Assembly: GCA_963604655.1 (NCBI GenBank)
Contig: CAVCRP010000002.1
Span: 45,259-109,258 of the forward strand
DNA from: an uncultured Ruminococcus sp.
GTDB lineage: Bacteria > Actinomycetota > Coriobacteriia > Coriobacteriales > Coriobacteriaceae
Length of the DNA: 64,000 nucleotides
Reading direction: 5' to 3'
The notes below the pieces were generated by a model. That model saw only the letters and a program-made list of their open reading frames with translations, did not search any database and was not told the origin of the DNA. Position numbers and translations under genes: made by a program. Position 1 is the stretch's first letter. The number at the start of each line of letters is the position of its first letter. Shown here one piece after another: positions 53,123 to 62,191 of this stretch.

Positions 53123-53264
53123 TCTGAAATAGGGAACATTAATTTCAAAAAATCAAAAACTGAAATTAGATAACATATTCTTTGGGTCTTAATTGCAAAT
53201 AGTCGACTTATTCGAAATAATGAAAGACGATTTAGCTTTTTGATTTCAAAGGAGCGATGGGACA

Positions 53265-54506
53265 ATGGCATACAAGACGCTCGAAAAACTCTTTTATGCA
53301 GATTCAAGCTCCGATTGTTATGCTCGCCATGACAAGCTGTTGCGCGAGCGCCTTGCTGCCGACGGTACGGTGCGGACTGGAATTCACCTTGAGCACGGCG
53401 AACTGTTCGCTTGTGTTCCCTTGGATTTGTCCGTTGCTAGCGAGCGGATCCTCAGAAAAGAGCGAAAGATTTCCAACCTGTGGAACAGCTTGCCTTATGT
53501 AGCTTTGGGGGCCTCGATTCGCTCGCTGGTGCTTGAAGAGGTCGTTTTTAGCAACGAGATGGAGGGCGTGCACAGCACGCGGCGCCAGATTGAAGCAGCG
53601 CTGGAGTCTGCGGAGGATGCTACGGCCGAACTTTGCGGTGCCGCCGAAAAGGAACACACTCCTTTTATTGAATTCGCTCGTCTCTATCTTCAGCTGGTGG
53701 ATGGTTCAAGTCGTCCCGGCAAACCCGAGGATATCCGCGAGATTTTCGATGCCGTCACTAAGGGCGTGCTTGACCCGAAGGACCGTCCGGATGGCAAGAT
53801 GTTCCGTTTGGGTCCCGTTGTGATTGAGAACAGCCGGGGCAAGATTCTCCATCAGGGTGTTTCCTCGGAGCCCGAAATCATCGACCTCCTTGGCAAGATG
53901 ATAGAGCTTGGCAATCGCGAAGATGCCCCAAGCCTCTATGTAGCCTCGCTCTGCCATTTTCTCTTTGAGTATATCCACCCCTTCTATGACGGCAACGGGA
54001 GGACGGGGAGATACCTACTCGCGTTGAGCTTGAACGAGACGCTGTCGCAGCCGACCGTTCTGTCGCTCTCCAGGACGATTGCCGAGAATAAAACCGCATA
54101 TTACAAGGCGTTCGATGTGGTGGAGAGGCCTCTTAACGGCAGTGAGGCCACTCCGTTTGTCGCAATGATGCTTGATTTGGTCGAGCAGGCGCAAGATGCT
54201 GTTCTGAGTGATTTGGTCGAAAAGCGTACGCAGCTCGAGGATCTTAAGATGGCGATCGATAAGCTCGACGGCTCATTTAACGAAAGGGCAAAAGATATTC
54301 TGTTCTATGCGGCTCAGATGCATATTTTCGGAGCTTTTGGCGAATCGACGCTTGATGGCGTGTCGGGCTATCTCGATGTGACAAAGCCGACAGCAAGTAG
54401 GTCATTGTCGAGCCTAATCGCCGCCGGCTATTTAGAAAAGGTGTCCGCAAGGCCGCTCGTGTGCAGGATGACGGAGACGGGACTTAATCTGCTTGGACTA
54501 GAGTGA
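53265..54506 (+). CDS. Fic family protein (class II, N-terminal inhibitory motif; C-terminal wHTH-like region)
   Basis: Fic motif HPFYDGNGRTGRYL. The inhibitory (S/T)xxxE(G/N) motif is present as SNEMEG upstream. AAAGGAG SD. The gene and its 5' flank are visibly more AT-rich than the surroundings. Confidence 0.9.
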   Translation: MAYKTLEKLFYADSSSDCYARHDKLLRERLAADGTVRTGIHLEHGELFACVPLDLSVASERILRKERKISNLWNSLPYVALGASIRSLVLEEVVFSNEMEGVHSTRRQIEAALESAEDATAELCGAAEKEHTPFIEFARLYLQLVDGSSRPGKPEDIREIFDAVTKGVLDPKDRPDGKMFRLGPVVIENSRGKILHQGVSSEPEIIDLLGKMIELGNREDAPSLYVASLCHFLFEYIHPFYDGNGRTGRYLLALSLNETLSQPTVLSLSRTIAENKTAYYKAFDVVERPLNGSEATPFVAMMLDLVEQAQDAVLSDLVEKRTQLEDLKMAIDKLDGSFNERAKDILFYAAQMHIFGAFGESTLDGVSGYLDVTKPTASRSLSSLIAAGYLEKVSARPLVCRMTETGLNLLGLE

Positions 54507-54568
54507 GCATCGGTTGTTAGACGAACAGCCGCTCAAAGTGGGATGCAGTTTCCGCTTTGAGCCTCTAC

Positions 54569-54892
54569 GGGAAAGAGCATCCCAGTTTGAAGGCTCAAAA
54601 CGGGACGCGCTTTCCGTGGAAGCTCAACCGGAAACTGTGTACCATTATTTGGCTTGATTCTGGGATGCAGTTTCCCAAACAGGCCCTTTGGGAAACTGCA
54701 TTCCAGAATCGGCGTCCAAAACGGGATATGCTTTCCCAAAGAGGGCTCTGGGGGGAAACGGCGTCCCACTCTGGGGCGGAATACTGGGACGCAGTTTCCC
54801 GTTCAATTAGAAGAAGGCGCGCTGCCTGCGGTTGATGCAGGCAGCGCGCCTTTTGCGTTGAGCTTTGTTGAGGTCAGAAGCCGTGGCTTGCG
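54569..54892 (+). repeat. ~320-bp composite repeat, copy B (direct repeat of 52800-53122)
   Basis: 15-mers start at 54540, 54569, 54602, 54630, 54662, 54690, 54723, 54753 and 54786. Hairpin AAGGCGCGCTGCCTGC-ggttgat-GCAGGCAGCGCGCCTT+TTTG is at 54814-54855. It ends 5 nt from the SDR stop codon. Confidence 0.75.
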
Positions 54893-54896
54893 ACCT

Positions 54897-55646
54897 TTAG
54901 GAGCGGGCGGCTCCGTCGACGGGGAGTACGGCGCCCGTGACATAGGAGGACATGTCGCTTGCCAGGAAGACGAAGGCGTTGGCGACGTCCTCGGGCTCGC
55001 CCATGCGGCCGAGTGGGATGGTGGCGACGAGCGGCTTGATGACCTCTTCGGGCAGGTTGGCGACCATGTCGGTCTTAGTCACGCCGGGGGCGACGGCGTT
55101 GACGCGGATGCCCATGGGAGCGAGCTCGCGCGAGAGCGACTGGACCATACCGTTGACGGCAAACTTGGACGTGGGGTAACCGACGCCGGAGGGCTGGCCG
55201 TACTTGGCGACCATCGAGCTTGTGGTAGTGATGGTGCCGCCGTGGCCGGCCTCGGTCATGATCTTGGCGGCAGCCTGGTGGCCATTAAAGACGGCGACGA
55301 CGTTAAGGTCCATGACCTTTGCGAACTCCTCGGCCGTGTAGTCCAAGAGGGGTGAACGCTGGGAGATACCGGCATTGTTGACGACCGTGTCCAAGCCGCC
55401 CATGTCGGCTGCGGTCTGCGTAAAGGCCTCAGTCACGGCCTCGAGCGAGGTGAGATCGCAGGAGCGACCCCAGACCTTGGCGTCGGGATAGGCGGCTGTC
55501 AGCTTCTCAACGGCCGTGTCGGCAGTCTCCTGGCGCGAGCCAAAGACGGTGACGGCAGCGCCTTCCTCGATAAAACGGCAGGCGATGGCATAGCCGATAC
55601 CGCGTGTGCCTCCGGTGATGATTGCTTTCTTGCCCTCGAGCAACAT
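54897..55646 (-). CDS. SDR family oxidoreductase (FabG-like)
   Basis: MLLEGKKAIITGGTRGIGYAIA (TGxxxGIG), NNAG and YPTSKFAV (YxxxK). ATG at 55646 follows GAGAGGAAG. Confidence 0.85.
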   Translation of the reverse strand: MLLEGKKAIITGGTRGIGYAIACRFIEEGAAVTVFGSRQETADTAVEKLTAAYPDAKVWGRSCDLTSLEAVTEAFTQTAADMGGLDTVVNNAGISQRSPLLDYTAEEFAKVMDLNVVAVFNGHQAAAKIMTEAGHGGTITTTSSMVAKYGQPSGVGYPTSKFAVNGMVQSLSRELAPMGIRVNAVAPGVTKTDMVANLPEEVIKPLVATIPLGRMGEPEDVANAFVFLASDMSSYVTGAVLPVDGAARS

Positions 55647-55793
55647 GGTGCTTCCTCTCATCGCGGGCGGACATTCGCAGCACAGCGTAGCGGTAGTCGG
55701 AATCGGCCGCGTTTGCATATCGGTGAACGGTAGCCCGCGTTACCGATGAGCGGCTCGCGCAAATATGCTCTGCCGTTGTGCTTAGGGCAGGTG

Positions 55794-55829
55794 ACAAAAG
55801 GGCTCCCGTCCCACATCGGACGGGAGCCC
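55794..55829 (-). terminator. Rho-independent terminator of hom
   Basis: On the minus strand: GGGCTCCCGTCC-gatgtg-GGACGGGAGCCC followed by TTTTGTC. Confidence 0.75.
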
Positions 55830-55860
55830 TCAAGGCGCGTATTGCTAGGCGAGCGTTGGG

Positions 55861-57204
55861 CTAGTTCGCCATAACGCCTTCGGTCCAGGCCTCGACGTCC
55901 TCGATGCGCAGGACGTTGGCGACCTCGGCCACGCAGTCGACGCCGGCAAGCTCGGCGGCGGCAGCTTGGACGTCCTTCTCGAGCGCGCGGTGCGTCAGGA
56001 AGATGACCGAGCAGGCATCACTGACGCCCGACTTGCCGTCCTCGACCTGGTTGATGAGCGAGATCGAGATGTTGTGCTTGGCAAAGATGTCGACTGTCTC
56101 GGACAGGGCGCCCACGCGGTCGGCGACCTTCAGGCGCACATAGTACTTGGTCTGGAGCTCGTCCATGGGCTTAAAGGTGAGGTTGTGGCCATAGGGCTCA
56201 ATCTCGGGCAGCGGAGCCACGCCGCGGCTGATCTGCTCGGAGAGCGACAGGATATCGCCCACGACGGCGCTCGCGGTGGGGAAGGAGCCTGCGCCCGCGC
56301 CGTAGAACATGGTCTCGCCCACGGCGTCGCCTACCACGTAGACGGCGTTCATGGCGCCGTTGACCTTGGCAAGCATATGGTCTGCGGGGATCAGCGTGGG
56401 ATGCACGCGAACGTCGACGCCAGCGTCGGTGTTGCGGGCGATGCCGAGCAGCTTGATGGTGTAGCCGAGCTCGCGGGCCTGGGCGATGTCCTCGGCGCCG
56501 ATGGTGCGGATACCCTGCTGGTACACATCATCGGTGGTAACGCGGGTGCCAAAGCCGATGGAGGCGAGGATGGCCGTCTTGCTGGCGGCATCGAAGCCGT
56601 CGACGTCGGCGGACGGGTCGGCCTCGGCATAGCCCTTGGCCTGTGCGTCGGCAAGTACGTCGGCGTAATCGGCGCCCTCGGCGTCCATGCGCGACAGGAT
56701 ATAGTTGGTGGTACCGTTGAGAATGCCGGCGATGGTCAGGATCTTGTTGCCCACCAGGTCGTGCTCGAGCGTGCTCACGATGGGGATGCCGCCGCCGCAG
56801 CTGGCCTCGCACTTAATCTGCACGCCGCACGCGCGCGCCTTCTCGGCGAGCGTCTCGACATGGCGGCCCAGCAGGGCCTTGTTGGCAGAGACGACGTGCT
56901 TGCCGTGCTCAAAGGCGGTGGTGAAGATCTCGGTCGCGGGGTGCTCGCCGCCAATCAGCTCGACGACGATGTCGACGGCGGGGTCGGTGACGACGTCATG
57001 CCAGTCACTCGTAAAGGCCTCGTGCTCAATACCGGCTGCCTCGGCCTGCTCCCAGGCAAGCGCGCAGGCGCGGGTCAGCTTAAGGTCGATGCCGTAGGCT
57101 GCCAGGTACTCATCGTGGTGGCTCTTGATCAGACGGGCCACGCCGCCGCCGACGGTTCCCAGACCGATCAGACCGACGTTCACGGTGCGCAGGGATTCGC
57201 TCAT
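55861..57204 (-). CDS. hom: homoserine dehydrogenase (with C-terminal ACT domain)
   Basis: VNVGLIGLGTVGGGV (NAD Rossmann), ...NGTTNYILSRM... and a C-terminal ACT-like region YYVRLKVADRVGALSE. GAAGGAG SD. Confidence 0.95.
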   Translation of the reverse strand: MSESLRTVNVGLIGLGTVGGGVARLIKSHHDEYLAAYGIDLKLTRACALAWEQAEAAGIEHEAFTSDWHDVVTDPAVDIVVELIGGEHPATEIFTTAFEHGKHVVSANKALLGRHVETLAEKARACGVQIKCEASCGGGIPIVSTLEHDLVGNKILTIAGILNGTTNYILSRMDAEGADYADVLADAQAKGYAEADPSADVDGFDAASKTAILASIGFGTRVTTDDVYQQGIRTIGAEDIAQARELGYTIKLLGIARNTDAGVDVRVHPTLIPADHMLAKVNGAMNAVYVVGDAVGETMFYGAGAGSFPTASAVVGDILSLSEQISRGVAPLPEIEPYGHNLTFKPMDELQTKYYVRLKVADRVGALSETVDIFAKHNISISLINQVEDGKSGVSDACSVIFLTHRALEKDVQAAAAELAGVDCVAEVANVLRIEDVEAWTEGVMAN

Positions 57205-57455
57205 AGATAGCTCCTTCGTGCATCTTATGGATGGATTAACCGCTTAAAGGTTGAGTGCATTCTAGCGTGAACCGAGGGCGCGTGCTCGCCAGGCAACAGG
57301 AGTCGCACAAAACGACACCCCCGAAACGCTGCGGAAACATTGGAAACATGCTCGCTACAAACGGAACTCCGTAACAAACTGTCAACGTTTGCGCCATAAG
57401 GTTTGCCCCGTACCGCAAGACGACCGCACTGCGGCCAGCGAAAAAGGGGGACACC

Positions 57456-58622
57456 ATGTTCAACATCAACAGCACGCTCAGCCGAAGGAACTTTCTCGCC
57501 GGCGCCGCGGCGCTCGGCAGCACCGCGGCACTCGCTGGTTGTTCGTCGGGTGGCTCGGACGGCGGCTCCGCCGATGACGGCAAGACCTTCAAGATCGGTG
57601 TCATCGGCCCTCTGACCGGCGCCGCGGCAACCTATGGCGTTTCGGCCGAGAAGGGTGCCAAGCTTGCCGCCAAGGATTTCTCGACCAAGGACCTCAAACT
57701 CTCGCTTAAGTCCGAGGACGATGTCGCCGACGGCGAGAAGGCCATCAACGCCTTCAATACGTTGTGCGACTGGGGCATGCAGGCGCTCGTCGGCCCCGTC
57801 ACCACCGGTGCTGCCGTCGCCGTCTCGGGCGAGATTGCCGACGATATGCTCATGGTCACGCCTTCGGCCTCGTCGCTCGACGTGACCAAGGATAAGACAA
57901 CGGTCTTTCAGGTTTGCTTCACCGATCCCACCATGGGTGCCAGCGCCGCGAAGTTCTTGGCCGAGAAGTATGCAGACGCCAAGATCGCCCTGTTCTACAA
58001 CTCCGGCGATACGTACAGCTCGGGTGTTGCCGATGCCTTTGCCGAGCAGGCCAAGGAGTCCAAACTTGATGTCGTCGATACCGAGACCTTTAAGGACGAC
58101 TCCTCCACGAGCTTTACCAACCAGCTCACCAAGGCCAAGGAGGCCGGCGCCACGCTCATCTTTGCGCCGATCTACTACACGCCGGCGTCCGTTTTGCTCA
58201 AGAACGCCAAGGACATGGGATACGACATGACCCTCATGGGTACCGACGGCATGGACGGCCTGCTCTCCGTCGAGGGCTTCGACACCTCTCTTGCCGAGGG
58301 CGTGCTGCTCATGACCCCGTTCTCTGCCGACGATGAGAAGAACGCCGACTTCGTCAAGGCATATAAGGACGCCTACGACGAGACGCCCAACCAGTTTGCC
58401 GCCGATGCCTATGACTGCGTCCATGCGATTGTCGAGGCTATCGATAAGGCAAACATCGACATTACGGCCGACGGCGCCGACATTGCCGGCGATCTTGCCA
58501 AGGCCATGCGCAAGATCAAGATCGAGGGTCTGACGGGCGAGCTCACGTGGAACGACGAGGGCCAAGTCGAGAAGCCCGCTACAGCCTATGTGATCCAGGA
58601 CGGCAAGTACATCGCCGCCTAA
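57456..58622 (+). CDS. branched-chain amino acid ABC transporter substrate-binding lipoprotein (paralog 1)
   Basis: Tat-like SRRNFLAGAAALG plus lipobox LAGC. Type I PBP (LivJ/LivK-like) body ...KIGVIGPLTGAAATYG... Confidence 0.9.
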   Translation: MFNINSTLSRRNFLAGAAALGSTAALAGCSSGGSDGGSADDGKTFKIGVIGPLTGAAATYGVSAEKGAKLAAKDFSTKDLKLSLKSEDDVADGEKAINAFNTLCDWGMQALVGPVTTGAAVAVSGEIADDMLMVTPSASSLDVTKDKTTVFQVCFTDPTMGASAAKFLAEKYADAKIALFYNSGDTYSSGVADAFAEQAKESKLDVVDTETFKDDSSTSFTNQLTKAKEAGATLIFAPIYYTPASVLLKNAKDMGYDMTLMGTDGMDGLLSVEGFDTSLAEGVLLMTPFSADDEKNADFVKAYKDAYDETPNQFAADAYDCVHAIVEAIDKANIDITADGADIAGDLAKAMRKIKIEGLTGELTWNDEGQVEKPATAYVIQDGKYIAA

Positions 58623-58893
58623 GTGCGCATAAAGCGCTACCGGTGAGGCCGTTTTAATCAGGGCGGGGACGCTTGTAACAGAATGGAAACATTACTTTTA
58701 CACAATAAAGTGGCTAAACTGCATAAACCAATAGAAATACGCATAACTATGGATAAACGGACAAAACAAAAGAAAAGTTGAAATAATCGCCACTTTTCTC
58801 AACTAAAGCGTCTACTATTTTGCGAACGCCGAACACGGCGAAGGATGGCCTGTCGGGTAACCAAAACCCGACGAGATTTGAGAGGAGAGCCGC

Positions 58894-60081
58894 ATGTCGA
58901 GCCTCACCGGTAAGTCATTGAACCCTGTTATGAATCGCAGGAGCGTTATCGCGAGCGCAGCAGGTCTGGGGGCGATGTCCATTCTAGCTGGCTGCTCCTC
59001 CAACGGCGGCGACAGCGGTTCCGCTTCGGGCGACGCTTCGTTTAAGATCGGCACCATCGGCCCGCTGACCGGTGCCGCCGCGTCCTACGGCAAGTCCGTT
59101 ACCCAGGGCGTCGAGCTTGGCTGCAAGGACTTCTCCACCAAGGAGCTGCCGCTTGCCAGCAAGGCCGAGGACGACCAGGCCGACGGCGAGAAGGCCGTCA
59201 ACGCCTTTAATACCCTGCTCGACTGGGGCATGCAGGCCCTTGTCGGCCCGACCACCACGGGTGCGTCGGTTGCCGTTGCCGCAGAGTGCGGCAACGACCC
59301 CAAGACGTTCATGATCACCCCGTCCGCGTCCTCCGAGGACGTCACCGACGGCAAGGATTGCGTCTTCCAGGTTTGCTTCACCGACCCCAACCAGGGCGTC
59401 AACGCTGCCAAGTTCCTGGCGCAGAAGTATGCGGACGAGAAGTTCGTGCTGTTCTATAACTCCGGCGACGCCTATTCTTCGGGTATCGCAGATTCCTTTA
59501 AGGCCCAGGCCGCTGAGTCTAAGCTCGAGATTGTTGACGAGGAGACATTTAAGGACGACTCTGCCACGAGCTTTACCAACCAGCTGACCAAGGCCAAGCA
59601 GGCCGGCGCCACCATGATCTTTGCGCCGATCTACTACACGCCGGCGTCCGTCCTGCTCAAGAATGCCAAGGACATGGGCTACGACGTCAAGATGATGGGC
59701 TGCGACGGCATGGACGGCATCCTGGGCGTTGAGGGCTTCGACACCTCTCTTGCCGAGGGTCTGCTGCTCATGACCCCGTTCTCCGCCGACGATGAGAAGA
59801 ACGCCGACTTCGTCAACGCTTACAAGGATAAGTACGGCGATACCCCCGACCAGTTTGCCGCCGACGCCTACGATGGCGTGCACGCGGTGGCCGAGGCCCT
59901 CAAGGAGGCCGGTCTTGGTGTCGACGCCGACCCGACCGAGGTCGCCGAGAAGCTGCCCAAGGCTATGCTCAAGATTACCGTTGACGGTCTGACCGGCAAG
60001 CTCACCTGGAACGATAAGGGCCAGGTCCAGAAGGACCCCACGGCGTACGTTATCACCGACGGCAAGTACGTACAGGCCTAA
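58894..60081 (+). CDS. branched-chain amino acid ABC transporter substrate-binding lipoprotein (paralog 2)
   Basis: NRRSVIASAAGLGAMSILAGC (Tat-like + lipobox), ...KIGTIGPLTGAAASYG... It is colinear with paralog 1. GAGAGGAGAG SD. Confidence 0.9.
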   Translation: MSSLTGKSLNPVMNRRSVIASAAGLGAMSILAGCSSNGGDSGSASGDASFKIGTIGPLTGAAASYGKSVTQGVELGCKDFSTKELPLASKAEDDQADGEKAVNAFNTLLDWGMQALVGPTTTGASVAVAAECGNDPKTFMITPSASSEDVTDGKDCVFQVCFTDPNQGVNAAKFLAQKYADEKFVLFYNSGDAYSSGIADSFKAQAAESKLEIVDEETFKDDSATSFTNQLTKAKQAGATMIFAPIYYTPASVLLKNAKDMGYDVKMMGCDGMDGILGVEGFDTSLAEGLLLMTPFSADDEKNADFVNAYKDKYGDTPDQFAADAYDGVHAVAEALKEAGLGVDADPTEVAEKLPKAMLKITVDGLTGKLTWNDKGQVQKDPTAYVITDGKYVQA

Positions 60082-60220
60082 TAGACCGCCTTACATTGAG
60101 CGGTTTTGATCCCAAGCAGGGGAGGTTTTGGCCTTCCCTGCTTGCTTGGTATCTAGGGACAGTGTAACGTCCCTGTTTCATACATTAACTGGAAACCTAT
60201 TCGAAAGGGGGATGTGGAAC

Positions 60221-61102
60221 ATGACGGTCTTTATCCAATACCTGGTCAACGGCCTGTCCATGGGCAGCGTCTACGCCATCATCGCGTTGGGCTACACCAT
60301 GGTCTACGGTATCGCCAAGATGCTGAACTTCGCTCACGGCGACGTCATCATGGTCGGTGCCTATGTCTCGTTCTGTGCCACGTCGTATCTCGGCCTCCCG
60401 GGCTGGGCATCTGTAATTCTCTCTTGTGTGGTCTGTACCGTTCTCGGTGTTCTCATCGAGGGCCTGGCATACAAGCCGCTGCGTCAGGCGGGCCCGCTGG
60501 CCGTTCTGATCACGGCCATCGGCGTGTCCTACTTCCTGCAGAACGCCGCGCAGCTTCTGTGGGGCGCCACGCCCAAGAACTTCACTTCGCTCGTCACCCT
60601 CCCGGTGCCGGAGTTCTTGGCCAAGTTCAATGTAAGCGCCGTTTCGCTCGTCACCATCGTCGCCTGCCTGGTTATCATGGCCGGTCTGATGTTCTTTACA
60701 GGTAAGACCAAGATGGGCAAGGCCATGCGCGCCGTGTCCGAGGACAAGGCCGCCGCTCAGCTCATGGGCATCAACGTCAACCGCACCATTTCGATGACGT
60801 TTGCCATCGGCTCCGCCCTTGCCGCCATCGCCGGTGTGCTCCTGTGCTCCTACTCGCCGGTCCTGCAGCCCACCACGGGCGCCATGCCTGGCATCAAGGC
60901 CTTCGACGCCGCCGTCTTCGGCGGTATCGGCTCCATCCCCGGTGCCTTTGTCGGTGGCATTCTCATCGGCATCATCGAGGCGATGGCACAGGCTTACATT
61001 TCCACGAGCCTTGCCAACTCCATCGTCTTTGGTGTTTTGATCATCGTCCTGCTCGTCAAGCCTGCCGGCCTCTTGGGCAAGTACGTCCCCGAGAAGGTGT
61101 AG
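60221..61102 (+). CDS. livH: branched-chain amino acid ABC transporter permease
   Basis: MTVFIQYLVNGLSMGSVYAIIALGYTMVYGIAKMLNFAHGD is the canonical LivH N-terminus. ATG at 60221 lies 8 nt after AAGGGGGA. Confidence 0.9.
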   Translation: MTVFIQYLVNGLSMGSVYAIIALGYTMVYGIAKMLNFAHGDVIMVGAYVSFCATSYLGLPGWASVILSCVVCTVLGVLIEGLAYKPLRQAGPLAVLITAIGVSYFLQNAAQLLWGATPKNFTSLVTLPVPEFLAKFNVSAVSLVTIVACLVIMAGLMFFTGKTKMGKAMRAVSEDKAAAQLMGINVNRTISMTFAIGSALAAIAGVLLCSYSPVLQPTTGAMPGIKAFDAAVFGGIGSIPGAFVGGILIGIIEAMAQAYISTSLANSIVFGVLIIVLLVKPAGLLGKYVPEKV

Positions 61103-62191
61103 GTGAGCGTTATGAAGTTTCTTAAAGACAAGCAGACGCGTCACGACTTTGTTACGTACGCCATGTGCCTTGTGGCGTTCGCCATCGTGTTCTTTATGCA
61201 GTCCAACCACATGATTCCGCGCATGATCGCCGGTCAGCTGGTTCCCATTACGGCCTACATCGTCATGGCCATTTCCCTCAACCTCGTCGTCGGCATCGCG
61301 GGCGACCTGTCGCTGGGCCATGCGGGCTTTATGAGTGTCGGTGCCTACACGGGCATCGTCACCGCGGTCGCCCTCGAGAGCGCCGTTCCCTCCGATCCGG
61401 TGCGCCTGATCATCAGCATTGTGGTCGGCGCTATCGCCGCTGCCATCTTGGGCTTCTTGATCGGTATCCCGGTCCTGCGCCTGAGCGGCGACTATCTGGC
61501 CATCGTGACCCTGGCTTTTGGCGAGATCATCAAAGAGATCGTTACCTGCCTCATTGTGGGCGTCGACTCCCGCGGCCTGCATGTGATCTTTAACATCACG
61601 GGCAACTCCACGATCGACGACCTGCACCTGCTCGAGGACGGCACCGCCATTATCAAGGGCGCGCAGGGTGCCTCGGGCGTGTCGACCTATTCGACCTTCC
61701 TCGCCGGTGCCATCCTGGTCATGGTCGCACTCGTGATCGTGCTCAACCTGGTTCGCAGCCGTACCGGCCGTGCCATCATGGCCGTGCGCGATAACAAGAT
61801 TGCAGCCGAGTCCGTGGGCATCTCCGTCACCCAGTACCGCATGATCGCCTTCGTGGTTTCCGCTGCCCTCGCCGGTGCTGCCGGAGCCCTCTTCGGCGGT
61901 AACTTCTCGCAGCTCTCCGCCACCAAGTTCGACTTCAACACGTCCATCCTCATTCTGGTGTTCGTGGTCCTGGGCGGGCTGGGCAACATGCGCGGCTCCG
62001 TCATCGCCGCGGCACTGCTCACGGTGCTCCCCGAGCTGCTCCGTCAGTTCTCGGACTACCGCATGCTCATCTACGCCATCGTGCTGATTCTGGTTATGAT
62101 CTTTACCAACAACCCGCAGCTCAAGGCGTTCTTCGGTCGCGTCAAGGACCGCTTTGCTCCCAAGAAGGAGGTGGCAGCCGATGCCCAGTAA
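61103..62191 (+). CDS. livM: branched-chain amino acid ABC transporter permease
   Basis: ...ISLNLVVGIAGDLSLGHAGFMSVGAYTG... is the LivM signature. The start is GTG 61103 or ATG 61112. Confidence 0.9.
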   Translation: MSVMKFLKDKQTRHDFVTYAMCLVAFAIVFFMQSNHMIPRMIAGQLVPITAYIVMAISLNLVVGIAGDLSLGHAGFMSVGAYTGIVTAVALESAVPSDPVRLIISIVVGAIAAAILGFLIGIPVLRLSGDYLAIVTLAFGEIIKEIVTCLIVGVDSRGLHVIFNITGNSTIDDLHLLEDGTAIIKGAQGASGVSTYSTFLAGAILVMVALVIVLNLVRSRTGRAIMAVRDNKIAAESVGISVTQYRMIAFVVSAALAGAAGALFGGNFSQLSATKFDFNTSILILVFVVLGGLGNMRGSVIAAALLTVLPELLRQFSDYRMLIYAIVLILVMIFTNNPQLKAFFGRVKDRFAPKKEVAADAQ

